NCBI RefSeq assembly: GCF_033153115.1
Contig: NW_026889758.1
Coordinates: 53,568,001-53,632,000, forward strand
Origin: Saccostrea echinata
Taxonomy: Eukaryota
Direction of reading: 5' to 3'
Length of the DNA: 64,000 bases
The number at the start of each line of letters is the position of its first letter. Within the stretch, counting starts at the first letter, position 1. Of the stretch, positions 61,291-64,000 are shown piece after piece. The notes under the pieces were generated by a model that saw only the letters and a program-made list of their open reading frames with translations, was not told the DNA's origin and made no database searches. The position numbers were made by a program, and so were the translations under genes.

Positions 61291-63954
61291 ATGGGTGGAA
61301 ACAGCAGTAAACCCGAGGATAAATCATCTCTTCCAAAACAGGTATGGCTTTTAGTCTTCTATATCCTGACCATTCCAATGGCATCTTAATCAATTCCCTG
61401 AACAGCTGCTAATAAATATTTTATCAGCATAACAACTGCCTGAATTATTGTGAAACGCAATATTTTGTAGTCAAAGTCACAATAAGAATATGTTTCAGGA
61501 CAGAAATCGAAACAGAGAAAGTGATGGGAACACGGCAAGAACAAGCCAGATTAACCCCCATACGATACATAGACGTGGGGTAAAACCACTGCCCCCAACG
61601 ACAGCACGAAAAGAAATCTTCAACAAAGATTTGCTTAGGGAGGCAACCAAAAATGCTAATCAACAGGTTAGTACAATACAGTTGTATGAATAATACTACA
61701 AGTAATTTATTTCAAGGAGTTTATCAAGAAAAAAACACGTTTTGTTTTGGCATTAGTATTGTATTTATAAATTGATAAATTTAAAATGTTTGAACAGTTT
61801 GAAGGTTTGTTGAACTTTTTAAAAATATCAAAACTTTTGTCCGAATTTTATTTATATTATTACTACAGCTGAACGGATATTTCTTTAGTCAATAAACTGA
61901 GAAACGTTTGTAAAAGTAGGTTTCTTCAAAAGAACTGGGGTCTTACCAATCCCTTGCAGTAAATCTTACCAAAGGACTAAAGCATGATTTGGAGAAAGCA
62001 TGGTCTTTTTACCTCTGGGTTGTGAATTTAGATCTCAATAGCCAGGACTTTTCTAAAGGTGGAGCCAAAAACACACCAAAAGGAGATCTTAAGGACGTTA
62101 ACTGTGGGAAATCTCATATTGCAGACTTTTTCACAACTTTATGCAGGTGCAGTGTGCAAATATTCCTTAACATAGAACACTCCGTTGGTATATTTTACAC
62201 CAAGTAATAGATGTACTTGATTACATAATTCGAACCTGATAATGATGAAGCCATTACAAAAATTCATTTCAAGCTAATGTTTGTTTTAGTTATGGTGATT
62301 TGAAGTGTGTAACAATTGAAGGACTTAAAAAAGAAGACAACTTTGAAATTGGATGGACAGAGAAAAAACTAGTCAAAGGGAAATGGAACGCCGTGTTCGT
62401 TAAAGAAGAATGGAGAGTTGTTCAGCTGGAATTTGGAATTTCAACTAATTCAAAGGTTTAAGAAATATAAGAAAAAAATCATTTAGAAAACTTGTGGTAT
62501 TTGTTTGAAATATGTCGAATCTTAATTTGATTTTTAAATTTGCAGTTGTAAGTTTCGTTTATTTTCTTTCAGTGGAAATCTTTATATTTTTTCATTGATC
62601 CCGAAGACTTAATACACTGGTGTCATCCTAATGAACAGGAATGGCAGTTGCTATCTACGCCGGTGACAAAACATGATTTTCTCTCTATGCCAAACTGTAG
62701 ACGAAAATGTTTCGAAATGGGGGTCAAAATCGTTCAACCTACACTTGGAAAATTAAAAGTGGATCAGGGTAGAATAAGTGTGGAAGTGTTTATCGACAAA
62801 ACACATTCACAGAACACTGTTCTAAATTATACATTAAATAGCAAAAAGGCAAAGAATGGAAACCTGGAATCGAACACACCGAGAAGCATAGGAGATACAA
62901 CTGCAAGAACTGATGCAGAGCTGACACAAAAACGTTCTACAGAGAAGGATGAAAACCGAAATATAGAACATATGAGTAAATCAGAGACTGAACAAAATGA
63001 TAGCTCAAATTCGCAGTCTCCACCAGATCTTAGGAAATACGTATTTATGAGTCGTGCTGACTCGCGAGTAGTGTTTGACCTGGACTTTCCAGTTCCAGGG
63101 ACATATGTCCTTGACATCGAAGGGCGAACTTTAGGTGAGAAAGGAGGTCACAACACCGAGTCTGTACTATGTCAATTCAAGTTTTCTTGTAATAAATGTT
63201 CCTCACACGATGAGCGTTTCCCATTACCAGATACTCCTGAAATCGGATGGGGACCGACACCTCACTGTATGAGATATGGTGTCAGACCTGCATCTCATGG
63301 ATATGGACATATTTACATCTTACCTAGAGAAACTGTGAAAATTCGATTTGATTACACGGGGAAATACGAGTTTAAGACACATATTATTAGTATGAACTCT
63401 TCGATTAACACAGAAAAAATGGCTACATGCAGGATATCTCCCAATAAACTCACAGTTGAGGTTAATGTACCCGATGAAGGACACTATGCCCTGAAGCTAT
63501 TTGCCAAAAAGGAGGTCGATAGTGACTTTATCAATGTTATAAACTACATGCTTATATTTGACCAGAAAAATGCCGAGGTACTGATTAATTTTCTTTATTT
63601 ATGTGTGATTTACACTTATAGATCAGTTTTAAAGTTTCATTATGAATAGTTTTGAATACTCATTTCTTTCTTTAAACGAAACAATGTGCAATGGTCACAC
63701 AAAACGATACATTACAGTATCTCAAATTTTAAAAAAAGTCTTGCTAGTATTGTAAAATATACATGTTTTTTTTGTCTTTAATCATCAGAAGTATGATAAG
63801 CGAATGATGCGCGAACGATTATCTAAAGCAACAGAAAATGGAACGGAGCAGGAAGTAGAGGAAGCGTTGAAGAATTTCGAATTTTACAGAGTCCCTGACC
63901 AAGGGGAAATACAAAAGGCAAAGCGGAAGCTGAAATATTTTGAGTCTAGAAGAG
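61291..63954 (+). CDS. KY/hillarin-like transglutaminase-fold protein (5' part; continues beyond the window)
   Basis: Exons 61291-61341, 61499-61666, 61920-62146 (weak acceptor), 62290-62455, 62573-63577 and 63789-63954 join in phase. Motifs LT....DLEKAWSFYLWV, TPKG.L, FF..LCSY.DLKCVTIEG, WNAVFV..EWRVVQ, YFFIDPEDLI...HP....WQLL..PVT...F..MP, then KY-type repeats (FP.PG.Y.L.I; VP.EG.YALKLFAK). Confidence 0.85.
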
Positions 63955-64000
63955 GTTCAGTGACAGATAATTCATCCCTTTTTGTTTCTCAAATTTAAGC

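Overview
This is AT-rich eukaryotic genomic DNA, not prokaryotic. It is most likely a bivalve mollusc, probably an oyster (inferred from Cg170-like satellite/HINE elements, Penelope-like remnants and gene content). Six host genes can be built by hand with consistent GT-AG phases: (1) COX5A (-, 4 exons); (2) JTB (+, 5 coding exons), head-to-head with COX5A; (3, 4) two tandem single-coding-exon Toll-like receptors with two cysteine clusters (+, 33967-36015 and 44326-46365); (5) a 13-exon, ~694-aa ARM-TIR-SAM gene converging on the TLRs (-, 58365-50643), with an N-terminal MGSGCSS acylation motif and an NADase-type TIR glutamate; (6) a divergently transcribed KY/hillarin-like pseudo-transglutaminase that runs off the right edge. 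The rest is a one-ended Harbinger transposon (transposase plus Myb/SANT gene), many MITEs, HINE/Helentron-like elements, Penelope-like remnants, hairpins and tandem repeats. The best candidate for an undescribed system is the innate-immune cluster: a TLR pair differing by a BB-loop Pro/Ala swap next to a probably membrane-anchored, SARM1-like but domain-permuted TIR protein. All gene models and family calls come from manual reading; no database searches were run.
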